This document shows positions 1-12,200 of a stretch of 64,000 nucleotides of DNA, piece after piece. Origin of the DNA: Mobula hypostoma (taxonomy: Eukaryota); NCBI RefSeq assembly GCF_963921235.1, contig NC_086097.1:169386001-169450000 (forward strand), in the 5' to 3' direction. The notes under the pieces were generated by a model. The model worked only from the letters and a program-made list of their open reading frames with translations, had not been told where the DNA came from and ran no database searches. The number at the start of each line of letters is the position of its first letter. Position 1 is the stretch's first letter. The translations under genes were made by a program, and so were the position numbers.

Positions 1-170
1 CTGGCAACTGTATGGGCATCTGCTGAGACTGGATATGATGAGATAGATAGCACACACTGAAAAACACCAGCCTGGCGTGGAAGGAACATCAGTTTTAAAT
101 CTTCAGTAACATGAGGGCCAATTATAGTTTTGTTCTTGAATATCCAGCACTGGTGAGCAAATGCATCCAT
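1..170 (-). CDS. CEP192: CEP192 exon, cut by the window edge (MDAFAHQCWIFKNKTIIGPHVTEDLKLMFLPRQAGVFQCVLSISSYPVSADAHTVA...)
   Basis: Acceptor tatactttccag|ATG (phase 0); resembles remembered human FKNKAIIRPHATEEIKVLFIPSSPGVFRC. Confidence 0.93.
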   Translation of the reverse strand, partial: MDAFAHQCWIFKNKTIIGPHVTEDLKLMFLPRQAGVFQCVLSISSYPVSADAHTVA

Positions 171-489
171 CTGGAAAGTATAAAATAGATAAAAGTGAAC
201 TGAACAGTTAATTGATAGCTGATAAGCTACTGCATCAGACATCCAAACATATTAAAAGTACTGACTCTGAGTTCAACTTGTTAAAGTCAGGCTGCTTACT
301 TCGACTTAAAATTTTAATAATCTCTGAAAGCAACCTCAGAAACAACATGTTTAATGAAATTGTTAACTTGGTGTAGGGTGCATTATTACTTTATTTGCTG
401 ATTGGCACCATGTAGTTCTAGGTAGTACAAATTTCACTGGTAGCAGGGTGAGATTGAAGTTTTTCCTAGAATGTCCAAAAATATTTTTG

Positions 490-1020
490 CAAGTTGTTAA
501 CTAAAGGAGTTCTCCCTATCAAATTTCAAGTTAAACTCACTGGTTCCTGAGGGTTCTATTACCTTAAGCTCCCTAATTGCCTCCAGTTCATTACATAACG
601 TCCAATCCAGTATGCTGATCCCCTCGTAGGCTCAACTGCAAACAGCTCTAAAAAGCCATCTCTTAGGCATTCAACAAACTCACTCTCGAGATCCATTACC
701 AACCTGATTTTCCCATAGACCTGCATGTTAAAATCTCCCATGACTACCATAACATTGCTGTTTTGACACACCTTTTCTATTTCCTGTTGTAATTTGTGGT
801 CCACATCACAGATACTGTTTGGAGGCCTGTAGATAACTATCATTAACATCCTTTTACCCTTGTAGTTTCTTAAGTCAACCCACAAGGATTCAACATCTTC
901 TGATCCTGTCACATTTTTCTACTGATTTGATGACATTTTTTGCCACACCATCCCCTCTGCTGACCTTCCTATCCCTCTGATATAATGTGTAACCTTGGAC
1001 ATTCAGCTCCAAACTTCAAC
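490..1020 (-). mobile_element. CR1 LINE fragment, APE endonuclease region, degraded
   Basis: ESLWVDL, VIYRPPNS, VVMGDFN motifs in ORF 559..912; boundaries approximate. Confidence 0.85.
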
Positions 1021-1025
1021 TATCC

Positions 1026-2120
1026 ATAAGACCATAAGATACAGGAGCAGAAGCGGGCCATTCGGCCCATCGAGTCTGCTTTGCCATTCAATTATAGGCT
1101 GATCCAATACTTCCAGTCATCCTCACTCCCCTGCCTACTCCCCATTCCCTTTGATGCCTTGGCTAATCAAGGACCTATCTTTCTCTGCCTTAAATGCACC
1201 CAATGACTTGGCCTCCACAGCTGCTCGTGGCAACAAATTCCTCAGATTTACCACCCTCCGACTAAAGTAATTTCTCTGCATCTCTGTTCCAAGTGGACGT
1301 CCTTCAATCCTGAAGTCGTGCCCTCTTGTCCTGGACTCCCCTACCATGGGAAATAACTTTGCTATATCTAATCTGTTCAAGCCTTTTAACATATGAAATG
1401 TTTCTGAGATTTCCCCTCATTCTCCTGAACTCCAGGGAATACAGCCCAAGAGCTACCAGACGTTCCTCATATGGTAACCCTTTCACTCCTGGAATCATTC
1501 TCGTGAATCTTCTCTGAACCCTCTCCAATGTCAGAATATCCTTTCTAAAATAAGGAGCACAAAACTGCACACAACACTCCAAAAGTGTGGTCTCATGAGT
1601 GCCTTATAGAGTCTCAACATCACATCCCTGCTCTTATATTCTATACCTCTATGCCAATATTGCATTCGCCGCGTTCACCATCGACTCAACCTGCAGGTTA
1701 ACATTGAGGGTATCCTGCACAAGGACTCCCAAGTCCCTTTGCATCTCTGCATTTTGAATTCTCTCCCCATCTAAATAATAGTCTGCCTGTTTATTTCTTC
1801 CACCAAAGTGCATGACCACACACTTTCCAACATTGTATTTCATTTGCCACTTTTTTGCCCATTCCCCTAAACTATCAAAGTCTCTCTGCAGGCTCTCTGT
1901 TTCCTCAACACTACCTGCTCCTCCACCTATCTTTGTATCATTGGCAAATTTAGCCACAAATCCATTAATCCCATAGTCCAAATCATTGAGATACATCGTA
2001 AAAAGCAGCAGTCCCAACACTGACCCCTGTAGAACTCTACTGCTAACCAGCAGCCAGCCAGAATAGGATCCCTTTAATCCCACTCTCTGTTTTCTGCCAA
2101 TCAGCCAGTGCTCCATCCAT
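1026..2120 (-). mobile_element. CR1 LINE, 5'-truncated (RT C-terminus plus 3' tail)
   Basis: QGSVLG, KFANDTK, VERVQRRFTRMIP-like and RTRGH motifs; tail ...cttatggtcttat. Confidence 0.92.
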
Positions 2121-3090
2121 ATCAGTAACTCTCCTGTAATTCCACAATCAGTTCTTTCATCTTACTAACATTGAGTGCCAGGTTGTTGCTGCAACACCAC
2201 TCCACTAGTTGGTGTACCTCGCACCTGTACGTCCTCTTGTCATCACCTGCGATTCTACCAACAATGATTGTATCATGAGCAAATTTATAGATGGCACTTG
2301 AGCTATGCCTAGCCACATAGTCATGGGTCTCGGGAGAGTAGAGCAGTGGGCTAAGCACACATCCCTGAGGTGCACTAGTGTTGATTGTCAAGGATGAAGA
2401 AATGTTATCAACAATCTGCACAGATTGTGGTCTTCTGGTTATGAAGATGAGGATCCAATTGCAGGGGAGGTACAGAGGCCCAGGTTCTGTAACTTCGCAA
2501 TCAGGATTGGGGGAATGATGGTATTAAATGCTGAGCTATAGTCGATGAACTATAGCAGTCAGAGGTTGAAAATGTCCTTAAATACTCCCACCAGTTGGTT
2601 GACACAGGTTTTCAGAGCCTTACAAGGTACTCCATTGGGACCTTCCGCCTTATGAGGGTTCACTCTCTTTAAAGACAGCCTAACATCGGGCTCTGAAACA
2701 GAGATACAGGGTCATCAGGCACAGCAGGGATCTTCATAGATGTAGTTATATTCTCCCTTTCAAAGGGGGCATAGAAGGCGTTGAGTTCATCTGGTAATGA
2801 AGCATCGTTGCCACTCATGCTATTGGGTTTGGCTTTGTAGGAAGTAATATCTTGCAAACCCTGCCACAGCTGTCATGCATCCGATGTTGCCTCCAACCTC
2901 ATTCAAAATTGTCTCTTCACCCTTGAAATAGCCCTTCGCAAATCATACCTGGTTTTCTGGTACAGGCCGAGGTCATCAGACTTGAATGCCACAGATCTAG
3001 CCTTCAACTGATGACGTACCTCCTGGCTCATCCATGGCTGCTGGTTTGGGAATGTACATTAAGTCTTTGTAGGCACACACCCATCTACAC
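2121..3090 (-). mobile_element. Rex1/Babar-like LINE RT fragment, degraded
   Basis: [44 protein letters not shown]. Confidence 0.8.
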
Positions 3091-4544
3091 AGGTAGCATT
3101 AGAGATTGCGGTGGCATTAGAAATGACCTTTCAAAAATCATTGTACTCTGGCATGGTGCCAGAAAATTGGAAAATTGCAAATGTCACTCCACTCTTTAAC
3201 AAAGGAGGAAAGCAGCAGAAAGGAAACTATAGACAAGTTAGCCTGACCTCAGTGGTTGGGAAGATATTAGAGTCAATTGTTAAGGATGAGGTGATGGAGC
3301 ACTTGGTGACACAGGACAAGATAGAACCAAGTCAGCATGATTTCCTTTAGGGAAAATCCTACCTGATGAACCTGTTGGAATTCTTTGATGAGATTACAAG
3401 TAGGATAGATAAAGAGGATGGTGCACACATGAGGCTGCTTACCAAATTAAGATACCATGGTATTAGAGGAAAGTTACTAACATGGTTGGAGCATTGTCTG
3501 ATTGGTATGAGGCAGCTAGTGGGAATAAAAGGACCCATTTTTGGTGGCTGCCAGTGACTGGTGGTGTTCCACAGGGGTCGGTGTTAGGACCATTTTTTTT
3601 TATGCTGTATATAAATGATTGAGTTGATGGAATAGATGGCTTTGTTGCTAAGTTTGCAGGTGATACAAAGATTGGTGGAGGGACAGGTAGTGTTGGGGGA
3701 TCAGGGAGGATGCAGAAAGACTTAAATGGATTAGGAGAATGGGCAAGAAAGTGGCAAATGAAATATAATGTTGGAAAATGCATGGCCATGCACTTTGATA
3801 GTAGAAATAAATGTGCGGACTATTTTCTAAACGGAGAGAAAATCCAAAAATCTGGAATGCAAAGGGACTTGTGAAGAACAGCCTAAATATTAACATGCAG
3901 GTCGAGTCGGTGGTGAGGAAGGCAAATGCCATGTTAGCATTCATTTCGAGAGGTCTAGAATACAAGAGCAAGGCTGTGTTGCTGAGGCTTTAGAAGGCAC
4001 TGGTGAGGCCTCACCTTGAGTATTGTGAACAATTTTGAGTCTCTCATCTTAGAAAAGAGGTGCTGGAATTGGAGAGGGATGATTCCAGGAATGAAAGGGT
4101 TATCATATGAGGAACATTTGATGGCTCTGGGTCTGTACTCGCTGGAATTCAGAAAGATGAGGGGGGAGGGGGGGATCTCATTGAAACCTTTCGAATGTTG
4201 AAAGGCCTAGACAGAGTAGATGTGGAAAGGATGTTTCACATGGTGGGAGAGTCTAGGACAAGAGGGCACAGCCTCAGGATACAGGGGCGCCCTTTCAAAA
4301 CAGAGATGCAAAGAAATTTCTTTAGCCAAAAAGTGGTGAATTTGTTGCCACGTGCTGCTAGAGGCCATGTCGTTGGGTGTATTTAAAGTAGAGACTAATA
4401 GGTTCTTGACTGGACATGGCATCACAGGTTACGGAGAAAAGGCCGGAAACTGGGGTTGAGGAGGAGAAAACAGGATCAGTCATGATTGGCGGTGTAAACT
4501 CGATGGGCCAGATGGCCTAATTCTGCTCCTATATCTTATGGTAT
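3091..4544 (+). mobile_element. CR1 LINE, 5'-truncated, degraded RT plus 3' tail
   Basis: WKIANVTPLF, GNYRQVSLTSVVGK, VPQGSVLGP; tail cctatatcttatgg. Confidence 0.92.
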
Positions 4545-7100
4545 GTGTCGAGAAACTTTGGATTTAGTGATCAAAATTCCATTGCTTTTAAGATAATTAT
4601 GGAGAAGAATAGGACAGGTTGTTCGGTTGAAATTCTATATTGGAGAAAGGCCATTTTTTATAGCAACAGAAAGGATCTGGTATGTGTGGTTTGGGATAGG
4701 TTCCTTTCTGGCAAAGGCATGCTTGGTAAGTGTGAGGCCTTCAAAAGTGAAATTTCAAGAGTGCAGAACTTGCATACTCCTGTTACAATAAAGGGCAGGT
4801 TAAGGGAACCTTGGTTTACTTGGGGTATTAAAACCCTGGTCAGGAAGGAACTGGTGCATTGCATACAGGCAGGCAGGAACAAATGAGGTACTTGAGTATA
4901 AGAAGTGCAAGAGAACATTCAAAAAGTAAATCAGGAGAGCTAAAAAAAGGCATAAAGTTACTCTGGCAGACAAGGTGATGGAAAATCCCAAGCACTTCAC
5001 CAAATATAAACAGCAAAAGGATAGTCATCATCATCATTATGTGCCATGTCATATGACATGAGTGATCATGGTCTATGACCACTTGTACTTGGCAAATTTT
5101 TCTACACAAGTGCTTTGCCATTGCTTTCTTCTGGGTAGTGTTTTTCCAAGACAGGTGACCCCAGCCACTATCAATACTCTTCAGTGATTGTCTGCCTGTC
5201 ATCAGTGGTCACATAACCAGGACTTGTGATATGCACCAGCTGCCCATATGACCATCCACCACCTGCTTCCATGGCATCACATGATTCTGATCAGGGAGCT
5301 ACACAGGTGGCACACCTTACCCAAGGGTGACCTGCAGGCTAGTGAATGGAAGGATCATCTCACACTTCCTTTCGTAGAGACAGATCTCCAACTTGCCACC
5401 CAAAAAAGGATAGTAAAGGACAAAATTGGTCCACTTGAATATCAGCGTGGTTATCTATGCATGGAGCTGAAAGAAATAAGGGAAATCTTAAATGGATTAT
5501 TTTGCATCTGTATTTACTTGGAAAATGAATGCAGTCTAAAGAACTTAGGCAAAACAGTAGTGAGGTCATGGACCATATCCAGATTACAGAGGAGGAGGTG
5601 CTTGCTGTCTTGAGGTAAATTAGTGTGGATAAGTCCCAGGGCCTGACAAGATAGTCCCTTGGACCTCATGTGAGGCTACTGCAAAAACTACAGAGGCCCT
5701 GGCAGGTATGGTGCCAGAGGACACGTGGATAGCTAATGTTATTCCAATGTTCAAGAAAGGCTCTAAAATAAACTTGGAAATTATAAGCTAGTGACATCGG
5801 TAGTGGGTAAATCATTGAAACGTGTTCCAAAGGAAAGAATATACAAGTATTTGGATAGATGAAGCCGTTAAGGGATAGTCAACATGGTTTTGAGAGTGGT
5901 AGGTCATATTTAACCAATCTTATTGAGTTTTTCAAGGATTTAACCGAGAAAGTTGATGAAGGCAAGGCAGTGGATATCTACATGGACATTAGCAAGGCCT
6001 TTGATAAAGTCCTGCATGGGAGGCTGTTCCAGAAATTTCAGTAGATTGGCATTGAGGATGAAGTCATAAACTGAATTCATCATTGGTTTTGTGGAAGAAG
6101 GTAGAGTGGAAGCAGATGGTTATCTCTCTGACCGGAGGTCTGTGGTGTGCTGCAGCAATCAGTGCTGGATCCGATGTTGTTTGTCATCCATATCAACAAT
6201 CTGACATGCTAAACCTGATCAGCAAATTCACAGATGACACCAAGACTGGGTGTGTAGTGGACAGCGAGGAAGGCTACCATAGCTTACAGCAGGATCTGAC
6301 ACATTGGAAAAATGGGTTGAGAAATGGCAGATGGAATTTAATGCAGACAAGTGTGAGGCATTGTATCTGGGGAGGATTAACCAGGGTGGGACATACACAG
6401 TAAAAACTAGGGCACTAAGGAGTACAGTAGAGAGAAGGATCTGGGAATACATAAACTGGCATCACAGGCAGATATGGTTGTAAAGAGAGCTTTTGGCACA
6501 CTGGCCTTCATACATCAGAACACTGAGTACAAAGTTGGGATGTTATGTTAAGTTGTATAAGACGCTGGCACGGCTAAATTTGGAGAATTGCGTGCAGTTC
6601 TGGAAACCTGCCTACAGGAAAGATATCAATAAGATTGAAACAACACAGAAAATTTACAAGTATATTGACTTGAGTTTAAGGAAAAGTTGAATAGAGGAGT
6701 TCTGTATTCACTGGAGCAAAGGAGAATGAGAAGAGATTTGATAGAGATAAACAAAATTATGAGAGGTATAGACAAGGTAAATGTAAGCAGGCTTTTTCCA
6801 CTAAGATTAGATGAGATCAGAACTAAAGGCCATAAGTTAAAGGTGGAATGGGAAATATGAAATATTTAAGGGGAACTTTTCTTTTACTCAGAGGGTAGTG
6901 CAAGTGTGGAACTAGCTTCCAGTGGAAGTAATGGATGCAAGTTCAACTGAAACATTTAAAAGTTGTTTGGATAGGTACATGGATATGAGAGGTATGGCGT
7001 GCTAAGGTCCAGGTGTGGCTCAACGGCAGAATAACAGTTCTGCATGAACTAGATGGCCCGAAGGCCCCATTTCTATGCTGTTGTGCTCTATGATTCTATT
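4545..7100 (+). mobile_element. Older CR1 subfamily copy, heavily degraded, interrupted at 5026-5403
   Basis: SQHGF, TNLIEFF, YMDISKAFDKV, SKFTDDTK, CVQFW; tail tctatgattctat. Confidence 0.82.
5026..5403 (-). mobile_element. SINE-like retroposon with (ATG)n tail and 11-bp TSD
   Basis: AAAAGGATAGT at 5015-5025 and 5404-5414; CAT repeats at the left end; the host CR1 is continuous across the insert. Confidence 0.8.
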
Positions 7101-7769
7101 TAACCAGTGTTGAAATCTACCAAACATCATGTACAAAACGCAAGGAATACTAATATTCTTTCCAGCGTTCCAAAGAACATTATTTTAAAAAAACAAAAGC
7201 AGTGGTAACAATCTACTATTTCCTGGAAGTACGCAAAAGAAAACAGAGCAGACAGCAACAATGATGTACTTGGATGAGGATAGATGGGACGGAGCAGGTT
7301 AGAAAAGATCAGTAATGCTACCGTGGATTGGTTGGGCTGAATAACCTTTCTGTCCCGTATATCAGCAAATAAACAGCACATCTAATACAACACTAATGCA
7401 GAAATCTCAAAAACAAATTATTAATCTTAGAATATTATTAACAAATGAACCCATATGGCTTGTGTAACTGAGCTGGTTAACAGCTACACTGCCTTGTGTC
7501 ACTTCCCAGCATCAAGTCTGAGTTCTTCAATATATGTGGGACTTTCAAATAATTTTGCTAAAAGCTCTGTCTACGTCTGTGATGGAAAATAGCACTGAAA
7601 ATGTGCACCTTCACACAAGACAATTAGAGAATGATGTCATGGGGACGAGTTGGATTGAACAATGTTTTCAACTTCAGCAAAACAGATCTTCGTCTTAAAA
7701 TTAGCATCACTTGCATTCAGCACAACCATGTAATTTCCAAATCAGTGTAAAGTTTCAGATCAGCATCAG

Positions 7770-8925
7770 GTGTAATATCACCAGAAAATGTTGTGAAATT
7801 TGTTAACTTAGCAGCAGCAGTACAACGCAATACATGATAAATATCAGAAAAAATAAATCAAGTATGTATGCACATATTAAATTGTTAATTCAAAAATCGT
7901 ACAAAAACAGAAGAAAAAAAAGTGAGGTAGTGTTCATGGGTTCAATGTCCGTTTAGAAATCCAATGGCAGAGGGAAAGAAGCTGTTGCTGAATCACTAAG
8001 CATGTGCCCTCAGGTTTCGGTACCTTCTTCCTGAAGGTAACAATGTGAAGAAGGCATCCCCCAGCTGGTGAGGGTCCTTAATACTGCCTTTCTGAGGCAC
8101 TGCTCCTTGAAGATGTTTTGGATACTACAAAGGCTAGTATGCATGATGGAGCTGACTAATTTTACAACTTTCTGTAGCTTCTTATGATCCTGCGCAGTAG
8201 CCGCACCCCCCCACCCCCATACCAGATAGGGATGCAGTCTGTCAGAATGCACTCCACGTGACAAATGTTTTAGGTGACAAACCAAATCTCCTCTAACTTT
8301 TAATGCAATTTTCTTGCTGTTGCCTTCTTTATAGCTACATCGATATGATGGGACCAGGTTAGATCCTCAGATATTGACACCTAGGAACTTGAAATTGCTC
8401 ACCCTCTCCAATTCTGATCCCTCTAATGAGGATTAGCTCACGTTCCCTTGTCTTACCCTTTCTGAAGTCACAATCAGCTCTTTGGTCTTACTGATTTTGA
8501 ATGCAAGATTGTTGCAGTGACACCACTCAACTAGCTGGTATATCTCACTCCTGTACACCCTTTCGCCTCAATTTGAGATTCTACCAACAATAGTTGTATC
8601 ACCAGCAAATTTATGACATTTGAGCTATGACTAGCCACATAGTCCAAGGTGTAGAGAGAGAGAAGAGCAACGGGCCAAGCACACATCCTTAAGGTGTGCA
8701 AGTGTTGTTCGTCCGTGAGGAGGAGATGTTATTACCACAGATTGTGCTCTTATGGTTAGGAAGCTGAGGATCCAATTGCAGAGGGAGATCCAGAGGCCAA
8801 AGTTCTGTAGCTTTTTGATCAGGACTGTAAGAATTATGGAGTTAAATGCTGTGTTATAGTCAATGAACAGTATCCTGACATGGGTGTTTGTATTGTCCAA
8901 GTGATCTAAGGCTGCGTACTGTATG
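7770..8925 (-). mobile_element. Rex1/Babar-like LINE 3' portion, degraded
   Basis: HVRILFIDYNTAFNSI, LCNWILSFLT, KKLQKVVK; AT-rich 3' UTR. Confidence 0.8.
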
Positions 8926-9138
8926 GAACTGTACCTTCACTACAAAAATATGAAATATGTATTCAGGAATAAATAGTATACCAGTACTAAACCAACCTTT
9001 GTCAGCCATAAGAGTACATTCAAGGCTAGTAATGGCTGAAAACAGAACAAAATGCCTGAAATTCTCCAAAGTGTACGCATATATTAACCCTAACTAATTG
9101 CAAAGTTCATCTGCTTACATGTTGAAAATAATACAAAC

Positions 9139-9287
9139 CTTCTCTCCATTCAGTGAAACACTAACTATTCCAATTGATAGTTGCATCCACCGTTCAGTTG
9201 GATTGCACATGTGAAGTGATGTTTGAGATGCTATTCCAACACAGCAAGAATTTGGAATCCTCAGTTCCTCGGGGACCAACACATGAC
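9139..9287 (-). CDS. CEP192: CEP192 exon (GHVLVPEELRIPNSCCVGIASQTSLHMCNPTERWMQLSIGIVSVSLNGEK), start of the ASH/PapD-like domain region
   Basis: Acceptor tttgaattag|GT (phase 1), donor AAG|gtttgt (phase 0); 149 bp. Confidence 0.93.
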
Positions 9288-9301
9288 CTAATTCAAACGT
9301 T

Positions 9302-9410
9302 AAAGTTCAAAGTCAATCCATTATCAAAGTCACCATATACAACCCTGAGATCCGTTTTCTGGAGGACATACACAGTAAGTCTAAGAAACACAATAGAATC
9401 AATGAAAGAC
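9302..9410 (-). mobile_element. 3' tail of a non-LTR retroelement next to a CEP192 acceptor
   Basis: Visibly similar to the LINE tail at about 63091-63200 (aaagttcaaagt...catatacaaccctgagat...ttttct...aatagaatc). Confidence 0.65.
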
Positions 9411-9934
9411 CTGTTGGAAACTACTGCCTTTAACAGTTTTGTACTTTTGAACTAACATATTTTTCACACTCACTGGCAGAAAGTGGTATAGCAGCTAAAC
9501 TAACATTAGCACATTACCCATGTGATATAATTGTTTTCATTATGTAGCCTATGAACTAATTTAGCTCTCAGGAATTTCTCTTATCTACAAAAGTGATAGA
9601 TTTTTCAGAAACACCATCTTTATTCTTTTGTCTTGCACTCCTTAGCATCATTTCCCAGCTCTTATTTAGTTTGTTTATTATTTATATATTTGCTTGTACT
9701 CCAAAATAAACTAAAACCTTGGAATTAAGACTGCTTGCATATTTGACTCTGGGAAAACCCCTTGAAGGATCAGAAATTAACCAGAGATCCAGCAGACTAC
9801 ACCCACAAGATAGGCAAACAATCAATATGCAGAAGACAACAAACTACAAACGCAAAAAGAAAAAAATACAAAATATTATATTAAAGTATATAAATGGATA
9901 AATGGGAAATGGACAGTTGATTTTAGGGTGATAC

Positions 9935-10025
9935 TCTTCCTCTAGTTCAGATGAAACATCTTGACCTGAAATGTCAACTATACTCACCCTGTATAGATGC
10001 TGCATGATCTGCTGAGTTCCTCCAA
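9935..10025 (+). mobile_element. PLE terminus with degenerate hammerhead motif
   Basis: tagtt-cagatgaa...gaaatgtc-aacta, then tagatgctgcatgatctgctgagttcctcc as in other PLE termini. Confidence 0.6.
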
Positions 10026-10730
10026 AGTCTCCAAAGTTTTGGATGCCTACTTTTACTCACTTCAAAGATTAGGTGTCTTATGAATGCAGTCAAATCCCAT
10101 TTTGTCAAAGGTAGTATACAAATTCATGTCAGTAGGCTGAAGAGTCAGCAGATAATGCATTGAGTTCCTCAAACTACCTTGATTAAGATTATTTGATTTA
10201 ACTGACCATAGGTCTACTATTTTCCTTAATGAGGGCTTAAAACACAAAATCAAATATTAGATTTGTAGCTATGCCTTTGTTGCAGGGGGTGGCTTCACAA
10301 GTCGGGAACACTACTTATGGAAGGACGGGAAATGAAGAAATGCTCATACTATTTGGCTTGTAGACATTCTTCAGCAATCATTTTTCTGCTGATTCTGAAA
10401 TTTATAGAACTCTTCAAAAACAAAAAGGGCTCACTGCTAGTCTATTAATTACCTTCTTGAAGAGAACAGGTGAAATTTATCTTTGCTTATATATAGAACA
10501 GGACTAATTGACATCAATATATCTAGTTGCCCATATTTTCTCAATACATTTTGTACTAGTTTCAAATTAACAAGGGCTTTAATTATTTAATACTGGGACA
10601 ATGCTATTCAAATATTTACATATTGCAATGTGTCCGACAAGTAATTTTAGATATCCGTTTACTGTAGATATAGTGATCGTTTAACAACATATCATTTTAA
10701 AAAAAGCAACATCATCTTTAAAATACTTAC

Positions 10731-11607
10731 CAGCATCTCTCATCTGAAGTCCACCTGGCCAATGATCAAGCATGTCCATTCTTGAAGACTGATAACCAAC
10801 GGGTTGTGTTTGAAAATTAGAATCCAGTGGCATAGCATGTGTATTGTACAAATGAGCTGGGTTCTGCATCCTCATTTCTAATTTAGGATCATTATGAGTT
10901 CCAAAAGCTTGAATATTCCCCATGAATATGTTAGCACCTGGCAAACCACCTGGAAGGCTACATATATTGGATGACAAAGTGCTCCCCAAGTAACATGAAG
11001 TTAAAGGTACATTTAGGGAATTTGAACTGGTGGTCAAATTGCCCAGATATTGCTGGGCCAGTGGAGTTGTTAATAATGAATTTGCAGTAAGTAATGTAGG
11101 AACTCCAGGTATATCTGAAATAGCTTCATGTGGTTTAAAACTTGAAATAGGCATATATTTGCTCGTCATTCCAATGGTATTTATGGAGGCTGCATTCAAG
11201 GATTCTACACAAATCCTTTCATTCATCTTGGTCTTGAGAGGTGCACCAAAATTATCAGTTTGCTGGCGTGCAGGTGATCCTTTATACATGACTGACTTGC
11301 CTAACACTGATGGAGATGCATCGAATTGCTGCAATTTGATATTTTCAGATTGTGGAGAAGGTAACTTATTGGATTTTAATAAACTCTGTCTGTCTTCCTG
11401 TTTACTCACAGGGCTTCTGTTTTCATTGCTTTCCTGCTTATCATAACATGATTTTCTTAGTTGTGGACTAGAATTCAAAGAACCATTTGTACATCCATCC
11501 AACGAAGTTCGGAAAGTCATCTCACTTGTATTGACTATACTTTGATCTGGTGTTGTAGAGGGACTTGCTCGAATAATTGTTGTGCTTAATTCAACAATTT
11601 TATCATT
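10731..11607 (-). CDS. CEP192: CEP192 exon (NDKIVELSTTIIRASP...VPTLLTANSLLTTPLAQQYLG...QMRDA)
   Basis: Acceptor ctttcttccatag|AAT (phase 0), donor CTG|gtaagt (phase 1); 877 bp open. Confidence 0.95.
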
Positions 11608-11914
11608 CTATGGAAGAAAGAGAAATGTTTTTTTTAAATTTAGGTACCGTGTGAGTTAAGTTAAATTGAAGGGCTGTCTAAATATGCAATAGTAATAATA
11701 ACAGCATGGAATAAAAATCATTGGGTGCTGATAACTTCATACACAGTTATGGGTTCTATACCATTATTTGGTCTTCTGGGTTTTAGGAAGTCAATACCCA
11801 ATATCATTTAGTTAGTTTCAGAACTCTGGGTCACTGTGTGACCAGTCAATTACATCCACAAATGTCATTTTTAAGTACACAGTTTGACAGATTTGAAGAA
11901 AATAATAGCACAGC

Positions 11915-12200
11915 CTTAGGATAGAGGGGCGTCCATTTAAAACAGACATGCCGAAAAATTTCTTTAGCCAGAGGGTGGTGAATTTGTAGAATTTATTACC
12001 ACAGGCAGCTGTGAAGGCCAGGTCATTGATTGTACTTAAGGCAGAGCTTGATAGATTTCGATTAGACATGGCATCAAAGGTTACGGGGAGAAGGCTGGGA
12101 AATAGGGGGGTTAAAAATAAAAGGATCAGCCATGGCTAAATGGTGGAGCAGACTCAATGGGCCTAATAGCCTAATTCTACTTCTATGTCAAAGGTCTTAA
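11915..12200 (+). mobile_element. CR1 3' end fragment
   Basis: Matches the 3' end of the copy at about 4270-4544. Confidence 0.85.

Noticed and set aside
8982..9035. Apparent small exon (ttctgttttcag|CC ATT...AITSLECTLMADK)
   Set aside because: That reading is phase 1, but the flanking exons join in phase 0 (NGEK|MDAF) and give the expected CEP192 sequence without it.
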